The translations under genes were made by a program, and so were the position numbers. Of a stretch of 64,000 bases of DNA, positions 49,191 through 61,358 are shown piece after piece. This DNA comes from Podarcis muralis (taxonomy: Eukaryota), in assembly GCF_964188315.1 (NCBI RefSeq), contig NC_135655.1, positions 27,838,001 through 27,902,000 of the forward strand. Direction: 5' to 3'. Positions within the stretch are counted from its first letter, which is position 1. Each line of letters starts with the position of its first letter. The notes beneath the pieces were generated by a model. The model saw only the letters and a list, made by a program, of their open reading frames with translations, was not told where the DNA came from and ran no database searches.

Positions 49191-49420
49191 TACTACTACA
49201 GTGTAAAAGGAACATTAAAAATTGGGACAGAAGTGCTAGCATTAAAACTAATAAAGCTAACGCAATAAACTGGAATGCAGTCTTTGCATCTCAGTGACCT
49301 TTCTAATCACTGAAAGGCAGTTTAAGTATGAGAATGAGGAAAATCACCGAAGCTTCTATTTGTTATTCTTATCACACAGAGAAGTACTCTGGAATGACCC
49401 CTTTAGTGTTTGACTCTAGG

Positions 49421-49545
49421 CCAGCCTTCGCCATCTTAGTGCCCTCCATATTTTGGGACTACAATCCCCATCAGCATGACAGTGGACAAGGATGAAGGGA
49501 GTTGTAGTCCAGCAACACCTCGAAGGCACCAGGTTGGGGACAGGT
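49421..49545. mobile_element. Palindromic MITE (GGGACTACAA..TTGTAGTCC family), diverged
   Basis: TTGGGACTACAATCCCCATC..GAAGGGAGTTGTAGTCC inverted core, as in 29985-30120. Confidence 0.75.
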
Positions 49546-50504
49546 AGAATTAGAAGAAACTGTGTTGGTTGCTTTTTATTTACAGTATTCTGAAATTTAC
49601 ATCCTGACAACCAGTTACTCATGGCCTCTCTAGTAGCTCAAATCTGGAGCTTTTTCTAGCAGTGTATACCGCAGACCCTGGGCACCACTTCAGATCCAGG
49701 TGAGAAGAAGCTTCCGGTAAGGAAACTAAACCAAGTCAAGGGAGAGTTTAAACCCCTCCCCCATTGAATTAAAACAGAAAAATACTGCAAGGGACAACAA
49801 GCCTCAGTTAATGAGTCCTCAAATTTTCTTACAGGATAGTGCATTTATTTGTTACCCTGATCTTAGAGAAAGGTATAAAAATGGAAATCCATCCTATTCC
49901 AAATAAATCTGAGAATAAATGCTCAGTAAATCATAGTGGAAAATAGCTTTATTTTTGATAAACAATAATACTAGAAATAATGGAAATCTTTAAAAAGGAT
50001 TCAGCTATTGCGCCCAAGTAAGTCTTAGATCCTTTCATTTATATGCTGATGAATTTATGCCTCACATTTTGATGGGTTATTGGGTGTCAGCAAGAAAAAA
50101 CCCCTCAACAACCTTCTGTAAGACCTCGTTCAACAGAGTGATGAAGTGCATATTTCATTGTGCTTTTCTGGGGGAGGGGGAAGGAAACCACACTTAGCTG
50201 CAGAAATCCTGCCTTTCATGTTTGAGACACATTTTAATTTGTATGAAATAAGGCTACCATGACTAGAGGATATAAGGCAGCTGTTCTATGCCAGAAAAGA
50301 GCAAAAACAAAACAAAACACCCAAACAAATTATTGAATTATCTTATTGTACGCAAAGATAGCAAAGTTTTCACTCAAAGTTTTCCTGCATGATGTGGCTC
50401 ATTTAGGTCCTTTCTGGGGCTGTTTCTGGGGCTGAGACAGTTTTGATTGCATTGAAGGATGACCTACACTGAGAATAAGGGGAATACATCCATCTTGGTT
50501 GCTG

Positions 50505-50640
50505 GACATAGGAACGTAAGAGCTTCATCAGACCAAAGGCCCATCTTGTCCTGCATCCAGTTCTCAAAGTAGCCAACCAGATGTCTTTGGGACGCCCAAA
50601 TGCAAGACATAAGACATAAGGTGCCTTTTCCCACATTGAT
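50505..50640 (-). mobile_element. CR1-type LINE 3' end
   Basis: ACATAGGAACGTAAGAGC..AGACCAAAGGCCCATCTTGTCC..AGCCAACCAGATG. Confidence 0.55.
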
Positions 50641-51009
50641 GAGGCAGCTGATGGAGGACACATATCTGTTTTCTGCCCAGTGCATCCATTTTGTGGTCAG
50701 TAAAGACACCACACTGTCCTCTTTGTGACTGGCACCCACAGCCCTTTTCAAAATTCCAAATGTGCTCATCTGTGCAAAAACTTTGGCAACCCTGTCTCTG
50801 ATTTATATATATAATGCATTGCTATAATATTATCTGTTCAACTATGAAACCTGTTTTCACCATTGGAACAACTCTGAGTAACATTAGTCTCTATGGTCCA
50901 GCTTCAGCTATCCAAGCCATAGAAACATACCAATTTTATGCAGCAATTCTAACTTCTTGAGATACCAAACCAATGCTCAGAATTTGTAATGCATACAGTA
51001 TTATTGTTA

Positions 51010-51269
51010 CCGTATTTTTCGCTCTATAAGACGCACCAGACCACAAGACGCACCTAGTTTTTTGGAGGAGGAAAACAAGAAAAAAAATATTTTGAATCTC
51101 AGAAGCCAGAACAGCAAGAAGGATCGCTACGCAGTGAAAGCAGCAATCCCTCTTGCTGTTCTGGCTTCTGGGATAGCTGTGCAGCCTGCATTCGCTCCAT
51201 AAGACGCACACACATTTCCCCTTACTTTTTAGGAGGGAAAAAGTGAGTCTTATAGAGCAAAAAATACGG
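51010..51269. mobile_element. pogo/Tigger-like MITE
   Basis: Same TIRs and TA TSD as 31134-31392. Confidence 0.94.
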
Positions 51270-51974
51270 TACTTAAAATCTGTATGCAAATATTACTGGA
51301 AGCTGCAAACATAAGTTCTGACACAATGTGCTTCCCTTGACCGACAAAAGGGGGAAAAAAAGAGACTGAAACCCCCCCTGAAAAAAAGACTGAACTTGTG
51401 ATCCATCATTTGTAAGGAATTTCTGAATGGGACTGCTTATAACTGGTGCCCTTTTTACTGAAGTGTACGTAGTTATATTCTGCCATAAATAAAAGAAACA
51501 TTATGTCCCATCCGGGCACACTCTTTGCATGCTAAGTGAATATTTGGAGTAAATGATGCGTTTTTTGAAATGAATTTTCCATATTCTCCATCGTTCTGTG
51601 CAGAAATGTTCAGGACGTACAGTCATCTATCAGACTAAGCAGAGAAAGTGGAGCATTATTTCATTCCTCAAATTTCTGAGTGCCCACACATCTTTGGTTC
51701 TCATGACTTCCTTATTGTTCAGTCATTTATATCAAAGATGTTTTAGGCATTCAGGAAGTGTATTATTATGCTTCACTGCAGAATGCTGGATTCTATAACA
51801 TCTTTCATTCAAAATGGGTTTCAAAAGAATTTATTGAACACAAAGTTTTTGTTTTTAAAAAATATGGTGTTAGCCACAGCTGTAGTAAAAAGGGGTGGGG
51901 TTTTTTAAAAGGATGATATTTATTTACCGTTAAGATTATTTTTAAATCATCTATGCCAGATGCCCAGATTGGAC

Positions 51975-52017
51975 TGCGTATGCGTACCCCTGTGTCCCCC
52001 CAGAAAAAAAAACACTG
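51975..52017. mobile_element. Right-end fragment of a hAT MITE (family of 2641-2786)
   Basis: TATGCGTACCCCTGTGTCCCCCCAGAAAAAAAAACACTG. Confidence 0.7.
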
Positions 52018-52061
52018 GGTCTGAGATTAAACTGGGGATTAGAGTAATGTGTACATAAGGG

Positions 52062-52210
52062 CAGTGCTTTTTTCTTCTTCTAAAAAAATGTTTAGGGGTA
52101 CTCTCATTTTCCTACTCATATTGAAATTCTGCCTCTCAATGAGGCCAAACCTAGATTCACAAAATGTTTAGGGGTATGCGTCCCCCTGCGCCCCCCCGAA
52201 AAAAGCACTG
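52062..52210. mobile_element. hAT MITE
   Basis: TIRs CAGTGCTTTTTT / AAAAAAGCACTG; perfect 8-bp TSD CATAAGGG. Confidence 0.95.
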
Positions 52211-53714
52211 CATAAGGGCACCAATGTAGCTCCAAAGCACAGGAACACCATGCCATTTCCCTATGCAGTTCCTGGGTTGTCCTCAAGACTCTCTCTCCAA
52301 ATACAACCTTTTATTTTCCCTCATCTTTGTGATGGCACCTCTTCCACCCAAACCAGCAAAAATGCTCAGAAAGAGGCGGACAAACCAACAGATTTGTGGA
52401 TCTGTGGTGGAACATTATTATAAAACCATTCATAACCATATCAGGTAAAAGCAAATTTGTCCTGCTATGCTAGCTGCTGGCTTGGAAATAAGGAAAATGT
52501 TCTAAGTGGCGCTTAAAAAGAAAAAAAGAAAAAGCAAAGCCGTCTATGTTCAAACCAGCCAAAATTGCTCCGGTGGCTTTTTTATTCTGGAGTTTGGCAA
52601 CCATGACATGATCGTCTTGTTAGAAGACCCAAAATGACTGCAGACATCCTGCCCTGACCAGGGAGATCCGGGATATGCTGGCAGAAGTCTAGGAAAAGTG
52701 TATCCTTGCTCTACATAGCTGCGCCTTTCCGGTCAAGCCTTGGCTGTCCTGCTTGAAAGGGATTGCATTGAACAGGTACAATAATAAAGAACAGCTTTCC
52801 TTCAGTGGCTCCTCTGCAAGATCCTATGAAATGAGGCGAGCCCAACTAGAAGAGAAGAGAATCTTGTTGCTATTAGGAGCTTCGCAGCAGCCAAAGATAA
52901 TGCGGTGGCAGTACTAGCAGGAGCTTCACAGACATTGATCAAGCCTTGAACTGGTTATGGCTGTTCATTGTGAGAGGTCTAAGCCAAGCTACAACAGTGC
53001 CAAATGAACATGCAAGACATCAGGGCGCATTACTCTAGGAAGGTCAATTCTGTTTGTATTGCAAGCTCAGAATAGTTCTCATGGGTTTATTTTACTTTCT
53101 CCCTGGATTTGTCAGCGTTATCTTTTGCCAAGCAAAGGCCGTCGTTTCAGAGCTGCTCCTTTGGGCCTGTCACTGACAAAACACTACAAAGACTGATGCA
53201 ATCACACAGGTCCATTTCATTCTGCTATCTAGTCCCCTTCTGTTCTCTAGTAATAATGCCATTGCCTTCTATAAAAAGAGAGATAGCGACAGAAAGTATT
53301 ACAACAGGCTGTGTCCATAATATCTCCTAAACAAATTTGCTCATTGGGTGGTAGGGATATACTGTACTGATTTTGTTTTCTTGTTTTTCTACATTTCCAC
53401 TGTGATTTTTTTAGATACAAAATTATCAGCATTTTAATGCAAATTCCTCCTACTATGCACATTCATGGATGTGGATAGCATGGGTTTCCATCTTTCTCTT
53501 CTGTCCTGGACAAGCCAGAGAAACTCGCTTATGTATGCATCTGTTAAATACAAGAGTAACAAAGTGGATGGGTATTTCTTTGCAAGCAGCCAAGACCTAG
53601 CCAGTCCTCATTCACAAGCCAGGAATGGGGCTTGCTGACACCACTGACTGTTCTACAGCACACACAGTCAATTCATAGGCTCCAACTGCCCAGCTGAAAT
53701 CAAACTTGTGTTGT

Positions 53715-53830
53715 GTAGAAATTTATTATCTCCATCTTACAGATGGAGACACCAAGGGATTATATGATTTGCCCATATTCACAAAGTGCAGGACCTGGAA
53801 TTTAAAACCTAGATATCCTGAACTCTGCTC
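53715..53830 (-). mobile_element. MIR core fragment
   Basis: ATTATCTCCATCTTACAGATGGAGACAC..TTGCCCATATTCAC..GGAATTTAAAACCTAG. Confidence 0.6.
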
Positions 53831-54296
53831 CCAAATGAGATGGATAATCTTAGAGAGCAAGAGAGAGACTCTGTTTTCTGTCTTGTGGAGATAGGATATT
53901 TATACACTTCAGAGTTACCATTCCACAGAAATAAAAAAAAGCGAATGTTTTCTTGCTTGGAAACTGCCTAGTTTTACTCCAATTTAGAGCATTTGTTTCT
54001 GCAAAATAAAGAAATAAATCACACTTGAAATACAGAATAAAGCTACAATCCTTAAAGAATATTTACAGTATCCCTGTTGGTATCTGTTTCAGATTTGGGA
54101 CTCAGCTACATCAGTGAAGAAAAAAAACATTTTATATGAGTTATAACACTGTGATACAATGCTCTGTGGAGTCTTGTCTTTTGCCAACAGGATTTCCCTT
54201 TATGAAGTTTACAGTGTGTTTAACTGAATCACATTTTTTATGTGTCTAGATCCAGCCTCTGATTGAGGTTATGTATATGTTGTTGTTTTAAGCCGA

Positions 54297-54385
54297 TCTA
54301 TATCTATCTATCTATCTATCATCTATCTATCTATCTATCTATCTAATCTATCATCTATCTATCTATCTATCTAATCTATCATCTC
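54297..54385. repeat. (ATCT)n microsatellite, interrupted
   Basis: Direct reading. Confidence 0.95.
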
Positions 54386-54815
54386 TCATCTCTCGCTCTC
54401 TATAGGTTTTTAAACATTGTTTTAATAAATTCACTTGTTTTAACTGTTTTATATATTAAATAATAATAATAATAATAATATAAAAATGCACTCACACTTA
54501 TTTTATATATGTTCGGGGTTATTAGCTAAACTAATAGTGTTAGATCCAAACTTAGCCATCCTTAGAGTAGACCCATTGAAATCAAGGGAGATTCAGTCCC
54601 TTTTTATTTCAGTGGGTCTACTCCAAGCTCGACTTACAGGACCATCCAAACCTTGTCTGGGCAGGTGAAGTGTGGTGGAGCAGAGAAGTCACAGTCTAAT
54701 CCTCAGCTCCAGCCTCAGAACACCCCAGAACATTTGGGGGCTTTCTGAAGGCCCAACTTTGGGAATTTCCACCTGCTCATTTGGAGCTCCATGCCAGCAG
54801 AGTGATGGTGTCATC

Positions 54816-54861
54816 TAAGGTTGCCATACATCCCAGAATTTCTGGAAATATGCCAACCCTA
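54816..54861. mobile_element. 46-bp hAT-type micro-MITE (TIRs only)
   Basis: TAAGGTTGCCATA...TATGCCAACCCTA with inner CCAGA/TCTGG inverted repeat; TSD not clear. Confidence 0.45.
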
Positions 54862-55417
54862 TGCCGTCACTTCATGGGAACAGCCAGCAGAGCAGGGTGG
54901 AGGGAGATCTTGCATTGGATTGATGATTAAGCTTGGAGCCATTCATTGACTTCATTTCAATTCAATTATCATTTTTAAAATTATTGTTGTTAATACTACT
55001 TCTTCATCTACTACTAATAGCAGCACTGATACACAAGCAAAAAAGACAGGTCCTATTTTAACTCTTCCATCAGGAGGACTTAAAAGTGCTTAAGGCTGTG
55101 GTACTAGCCTCTCTTTTCATAGCAGTAGGTGCTATGGAATCTAGCAGGGCTGTCTTCTTTTAGACATGCACTTAAGGTTTACTCCTTGTTAAAAGCACTT
55201 GAAATATATATTATCTGCCTCATTAGATAAATGATAATGAATGCTGATAAATGATAATGTGTGCTTGGTGATTCTCAAAAGGTCATAGTTAGTTTCTTCC
55301 ATTTATTTGCATCTCTCTTTTCCCCAATCCAGATGAATCCCTTATCTAGGTATCCACTGAGCAAATGTTAACAACGTACAGCACGGTGCTATGCAGGTTT
55401 GTTCAAAAGTAAGCCTC

Positions 55418-55824
55418 TGGGGTTGGGTGACTATACCTGAATTTCAGTTTCTCATTTTCCCAGCCTTAAGTTCAGTTCTTCAGAATTTCCACATCCGTTT
55501 TCTGATTCATTTAAAGTCCTCAGGAAAAAATATTCAGCATTTTAGTGCAAATTTTTGCCTAACGTAATAGACACATTTTTGCAAACCAATTTCCCCCTAA
55601 TACCACACACTTTTGTGTGTTATTCTCACAGATATAAGCATTTTTATGTACACTTTATTATGCATATTTTTGTATACACTGCTTGGCTGGAGAACACACT
55701 TGTGAACACACAGAGAAGTACAAAATTCAAGGGATGGGTGTGTTTCACCCTTTGCTTGGGGAAGTGCAAATGATGTAGGTTCACCTTTAAATGCTAACTG
55801 AATTGAATGTCTCTCCCATCCCTA
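55418..55824 (+). mobile_element. Ancient DNA transposon (family of 15202-15600)
   Basis: Shared internal motifs; right terminus CCCATCCCTA. Confidence 0.65.
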
Positions 55825-56284
55825 CAATCCCCACTGTCTTCAATGAAACCTATTCTCTGGTAAGTCTTTTAGGACTGCAACTTGAGGTCCACATGCTCAA
55901 CACGTGTGCCATCCTTTACTGAATTACACAGCGTAGTAAAGGTGAGAGGCACAATGGCTGGTATTTGTTTGTCTATTTTAAAGCACTTGTGGGGGCTGCC
56001 TGTCTGGGGGGAGGCAGAGTGTACATTGGCTTTGTTTCATAGACCAGCAGGGAATGCAAGCCAGTGCCATTAGAGCAGCTGGTGTCAATTTTTTAAAGTG
56101 TTAATGTAAATGGAAAATGTTTTTGTTAAACGGTCGGGTCACAGTAACATATCCTATAATGAATGTCTCTCAGGAATTAACTATCCCCAGCTGGTAATTC
56201 ATACAGCTCATGTATACTCTGTACCATTTTTACAGCATGTTCGGTCTTTGCTAAGTGGTTCACAGCCTTTATTGTATTCAATCC

Positions 56285-56380
56285 CAAAGCAATTCCATGA
56301 GATGAGTTACTGTTGGTCCCATTTTATAGATGGGGAACTGAAGCTGGCAGATGGTGACCTGCCAAAGGACAGAGAATGGG
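56285..56380 (-). mobile_element. MIR core fragment
   Basis: CCCCATTTTATAGATGGGGAACTGAAGCT..GTGACCTGCCAAAGG. Confidence 0.65.
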
Positions 56381-56785
56381 GGACAAACTAACCATTATGT
56401 GCAAAGCTGTGAAACAAAGTCTTGGTATCTTATTTTATTGTTTGAAAGAAAAATGAAAAGCAGATCTCCCTGCTCATTGCTGAGAGTGGTGGTGGGGGAT
56501 TTTGAGCAGAACAGTGCTTGGTACAGAAAGGGTTAAGCTTCACTGCCTTCCTACTGCTACATTCAAAAGAGCACCCTCCTCAGGCTGCTATTCTATATAA
56601 AAATGCAGGTCCTCATTACACACATTGAATACAGGGATGTGGGTGGCGCTGTGGTCTAAACCACTGAGCCTCTTGGGCTTGCCGATCGGAAGGTCGGCTG
56701 TTTGAATCCCCGCAATGGGGTGAGCTCCCGTTGCTCTATTCCAGCTCCTGCCAACCTAGCTGTTCAAAAGCATGCCAGTGCAAGT

Positions 56786-57237
56786 TCAAGTTCTTCTTCT
56801 TCTTCTTCTTCTTCTTCTTCTTCTTCTTCTTCTTCTTCTTCTTCTTCTCTTCTTCTTCTTCGGCGATCACTTGTAGCCAAGTAAGATTGTCTTCCATAAA
56901 CATGGTTTTAACAGTGAGTCCGTAAGTGACTGTGGAGGCCAATTCTGGATCCACACGTCCTTCCACAGTGGGGACATTGGTTTCTGGACGGGAGTTGATC
57001 ACGGTGTGGATTTGCCAAGTGTGCCTTCCTCTTAGCACGTTTCTCCTTTGCATCCTGAGTTTGAGTGTCTTCAAAGCCCATGACACGTTTGGTAAAGGCT
57101 ATTCTCCAACTGGAGCACTCATAGGCCAGTGTCTCCCAGTTGTCAGTTGGAAAAAACTACATTTTTTAAGATTTGCCTTGAGACAGTCTTTAAACCTCTT
57201 TTGTTGACCACCAGCATTATGCTTTCCATTTTCAAGT
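56786..57237 (-). mobile_element. RTE-clade LINE 3' fragment with (GAA)n tail
   Basis: Minus translations KRFKDCLKANLKKC and PHCGRTCGSRIGLHSHLRTH (C2H2 finger); 11-bp TSD CCAGTGCAAGT. Confidence 0.9.
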
Positions 57238-57359
57238 CCAGTGCAAGTAGTGGTGGAAAGGTAAACAGTGTTTCTGTGTGCTCTGGTTTCCGTCATGGTG
57301 TTCCGTTGTGCCAGAAGCTGTTTAGTCATGCTGGCCACGTGACCCGGAAAGCTGTCTGT

Positions 57360-57421
57360 TTGTTTCCTGCTTGGCAGGGGGTTGGACTCGATGGCCCTTG
57401 TGGTCTCTTCCTACTCTATGA
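57360..57421 (+). mobile_element. CR1 LINE extreme 3' end
   Basis: TTCCTGCTTGGCAGGGGGTTGGACTCGATGGCCCTTGTGGTCTCTTCCTACTCTATGA; related to 47790-47852. Confidence 0.8.
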
Positions 57422-57559
57422 CAAATGACGGCTCCCTCGACCTGAAAACCAAGATGAGCACCGCACCCTATAGTTGCCTTTGACTAGACTTAACCATCCA
57501 GGGGTCCTTTACCTTTACCTTTTACAGGGCAGGTTTGTAACTGGGGGAGAGACCAACCC

Positions 57560-57650
57560 TAGAGATTTGCTATCAGCCATTTTAGACAATCCAGAGCTAA
57601 AGGAACAGATGGTCTGACTCAGTTTAAGGTCAGCTTCCTGTTGTGCTTGG
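57560..57650 (+). mobile_element. Tail of an old tRNA-derived SINE (Squam2-like, tentative)
   Basis: TAGACAATCCAGAGCTAAAGGAACAGATGGTCTGACTCAGTTTAAGGTCAGCTTCC. Confidence 0.55.
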
Positions 57651-59127
57651 CCACTGTTAAGAGTCCATTTTCTCAGGAAAAAAACCTTTTGAAATCAGAT
57701 CTTTTCTAGGAAGGGTGATTTCAGTTCACAGTTGAAGCAAGCACCTTCTACAACATGAGCCATCAGCCATTATTTTTCATGAGCAAATAATCCACCTGCC
57801 AATTCAGGCCACTCAAGTTAATCAATATAAAAATGTATAATAGATCAGAGGTATATCTTACACTTATTAACAGATAAATGAGTTGAGGCAGCTTAATGCG
57901 CACCAGCCATGAAGGTGTGGCTTAACAACATCCTATAAATGCCAACAGGTATATAAATATTATAAATAAATAACTATAAACACAATCATAATAAATACTT
58001 CAATCGGTGTCCAGCTTTTTCATTTAATTAAAACATTTTCCTTATTTTCTTCAATATACTGTTTTTGTTTCTTAACAAATACATGCAATCAATGAGAACA
58101 GAATATATGTCATAGTCAGTTTCAAGGACTAAATTCCCCTTAATGCTAACTGACGCTGCACGGGAATTAAGGCTGCATCCTTCAGACCATCTTGCATGAG
58201 CCCTATTATAAGGGGTAAGATTGATTCTAAAGGAGCATTTTCAGGTTTCCAGCTCATATGTTTTCCTTTATAATTATACAGCTTATCTCTTTGTGTGCAT
58301 CAGGGTTAGCCTTTAAGCGATTCTAATGGCGGCTCTTTGCAAACAGCTCATAAAGCAACAGGGGCAGCATTTCCACTAAATTCAATGGGCCTTTTAAAAC
58401 TTCAAGGCCTCTTTCTTTGGCACAGATGATTTCATATTGGTATGCCACTTCAGAGTGGAACAGTGCAACATAATTATTATTATTAAGTCCGTTGCTACTT
58501 TCTCTATTTCTCTCATAAAGTTTAATGAGGCCGAACATTTAGCCCTTCGGTGCCCAAACAATGCAAAAATATCATTCTGCCTTTTTAAAATCATTTTTTT
58601 AAAATAAATAAATAAATAAATAAAATAAACCACTGCAAAGGAGTAATGGTGATGCTGGTGATATTTTATTTCTCTTTGGGCGCCGCAAGTGAGTTCACTG
58701 CTAAGCAAACTCTGCCGCCGCCACTGAGATGATTCCCAGACTTAAATTTAGACATGTGGTAAAGATGCTTGCTTGCTGAATTGGGGCTATTTGTGTTGAC
58801 ATTACTAAACAGATCCAATTTTGTGGAGTATCTGCACCAATTTTAACTCTCTCTTTTTTTGGTATAAAAATAGAGCCCCTTATAGTTGTTGGGTTTTTTT
58901 TTAAAAAAAGTATAACTCTAAGGTTTTATTTTGCATGAGTTAGTGTACTTAACTCCTGAATCATAACCAGGTGCTAAACCATTGAGTCTCATCTTGACTT
59001 ACACACCTTTGTGCCTCAAAATGCATTGAAATGTTAGGCATTTTAAGGCAAACTTTAGGAAGAAGATAAACAGAGAACAATGGGATCTCTGACCAGGTAG
59101 GAAAACATCAGCTTTGAACTCAAATTA

Positions 59128-59480
59128 TATGTTGAGTTGGCATCCGACTGCATCGGAAGACAATGGAAGGGTGCGCCTTTGGGGGTGAGGTCAAACTATT
59201 GGCTGGTTGCAGCACCTGCTGTGGCTATAGAGACTGATGTGGGGGAGACATGTTTCATTGCAGCTGGGGCAGATGAAGGCATCTGGTTGTGCTGCTGCAG
59301 ATGAACCATGGCATTTCTTCTCTCTGCGCTCCTCCCAGAGGTCATTCCTCCTCTGGTCACTGCTACGGATACACAACTTGACTTCCTGTTGCCAGGCACT
59401 ACGGTCGTCTGCAAGGGACTTCCACATGGCAAGGGTCATGTTGCCAGCCTTCATGTCATGTTTGCAGACATCTCAGGGTT
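59128..59480 (-). mobile_element. RTE LINE ORF2 C-terminus + 3' UTR
   Basis: ORF 59191-59454: WKSLADDRSAW..FICPSCNETCLPHISLYSHSRCC (RTE C-terminal zinc finger). Confidence 0.88.
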
Positions 59481-60343
59481 ACAGGTGACACCAGAATTGG
59501 GCTACCACTAGCTGTATTACTTACGGATTCTCCCCAACCTGATTAAAGAACCAATAATCCAGACTCCAAAGCTTTTTGTTTGTTTCGTAAGTGAATACAG
59601 CATTCATTCTTTCAAATGCTGTGCTTTTCCCCACCATCCTGAGATTGCATTCAGCTGATTTTAGAGAACTTTAGCAAGATGTACAGAGTCTGGGCACTGG
59701 AAAATAATGGCTTGCTGCCTAGACAACTTAACAGTAATGCATTCCTATCATTAAACTATGTAACTGGAGTGATATTAATTAGTGAAACCCACATCATAAT
59801 AATTTCATTTAAGAATATTTGCCACCACAGGTTAATGATGCTTGACATTTTGAGGGCTGTTTTTGACATTACTTGTTAATGGAGCTTCTATGATTAAATG
59901 AACACTATCCACTGAAAAAAATATGACAATAATATTTGCTGCCTGTTTAGGATATTTATCTGTAATATAGACTTCTTTATGCATACAAAATCTATGGGTT
60001 TTGTGATATCCCTAGTGGAAGCCTTTTAAAAATTGTTTATAGATTTTTGTTTGAGATTTTTACAATAAAAGACCTCCTGCCTTTCTCATTTATATTTTTG
60101 GTGACATGGGAGATTTGGTAATATATACTGTATAGAAAAAAGAAGAATGGTTATAAAGGAACTATAGTGGGAAGAAAAAAAAGAAAGAAAAAGAAAAGCA
60201 AAACAAAACATGGTATAGTTCATGATGGGAGGTACCAGAGGGAGATACCCATCTTTTTAGTCCACCCAGATTTCTAAGAAATTCTGCCAAATGTAATGCA
60301 ATTTCTCTCACCCCTCTTTCCATGTAAAGTATTTGTTCATAAG

Positions 60344-60698
60344 AGCGACGCGGGTGGTGCTGTGGGTTAAACCACAGAGCCTAGGACTTGCCGATCAGAA
60401 GGTCAGCAGTTCGAATCCCCGCGACGGGATGAGCTCCTGTTGCTTGGTCCCTGCTCCTGCCAACCTAGCAGTTCGAAAGCACGTCAAAGTGCAAGTAGAT
60501 AAATAGGTACCACTCCAGCGGGAAGGTAAACGGCATTTCCGTGCGCTGCTCTGGTTTGCCAGAAGCGGCTTAGTCATGCTGGCCACATGACCCGGAAGCT
60601 GTACGCCGGCTCCCTCGGCCAGTAAAGTGAGATGAGTGCCGCAACCCCAGAGTCGTCCGTGACTGGACCTAATAGTCAGGGGTCCCTTTACCTTTACT
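60344..60698 (+). mobile_element. Sauria SINE (subtype B)
   Basis: Full length; 14-bp TSD TATTTGTTCATAAG (60330-43, 60699-712). Confidence 0.97.
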
Positions 60699-61212
60699 TA
60701 TTTGTTCATAAGCTGTGAGGCCGAAGAGGTTTTTTACCCATTGGTCATCATGAGGAATCTAGAGGCTTTTCTGTTTTCTCCAACTCCCATCAGCCTCATT
60801 CAGCATTGCCAATGGCCATGGGAATCCAACAGCATCTGGAGGACACCTGATTGGGGAAATCTGTGTTTGACTAGGAGGATGCTCTGTGAACCCAGGCTCT
60901 CTATTGGGTAGACATGTCCCATTTTAAAATTATGTGTTTTATAGCAGCATGGAGAAATGTAATATGATAGGATTTGTTTAAGATCATGTTAATTCTTCTT
61001 GTTACTTCTTTCCAGAAATATGCAATGGCAACATAGTCCCAAAAGAGGTGGGAGAAATTAGTCTGCAGTGCTCTGATTCTCCAGCAGTTAGCATTGGTTC
61101 GGATGCCTAAGTGGAAGAGTCATTCAGAGGTCTAGTCTACTCCTTGGAGTATTTCTTGTTGGAAGAGCCTCAGATGAAGATTTAAGATGAAGGTGCCATG
61201 ATCACAGCAAGC

Positions 61213-61277
61213 ATAGAATCATAGACTTGGAAGGGACCACAAGCATTATCTAGTCCAACCCCCTACAATGCAGAAAA
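61213..61277 (-). mobile_element. CR1 LINE 3' end
   Basis: CATAGAATCATAGACTTGGAAGGGACCAC..TAGTCCAACCCC. Confidence 0.8.
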
Positions 61278-61318
61278 CTTGTGACATGATGGTTTAATTT
61301 TGACTTAAGCTCCTTATT

Positions 61319-61319
<1 letters not shown>

Positions 61320-61353
<34 letters not shown>
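61320..61353. repeat. (CA)n microsatellite
   Basis: Direct reading. Confidence 0.97.

Positions 61354-61358
<5 letters not shown>

Larger units (their letters stand above)
56634..57524 (+). mobile_element. Sauria SINE (subtype C) split by RTE and CR1 insertions
   Basis: Head 56634-56785, middle 57238-57359, tail 57422-57524 with TTTACCTTTACCTTTT. Confidence 0.92.
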
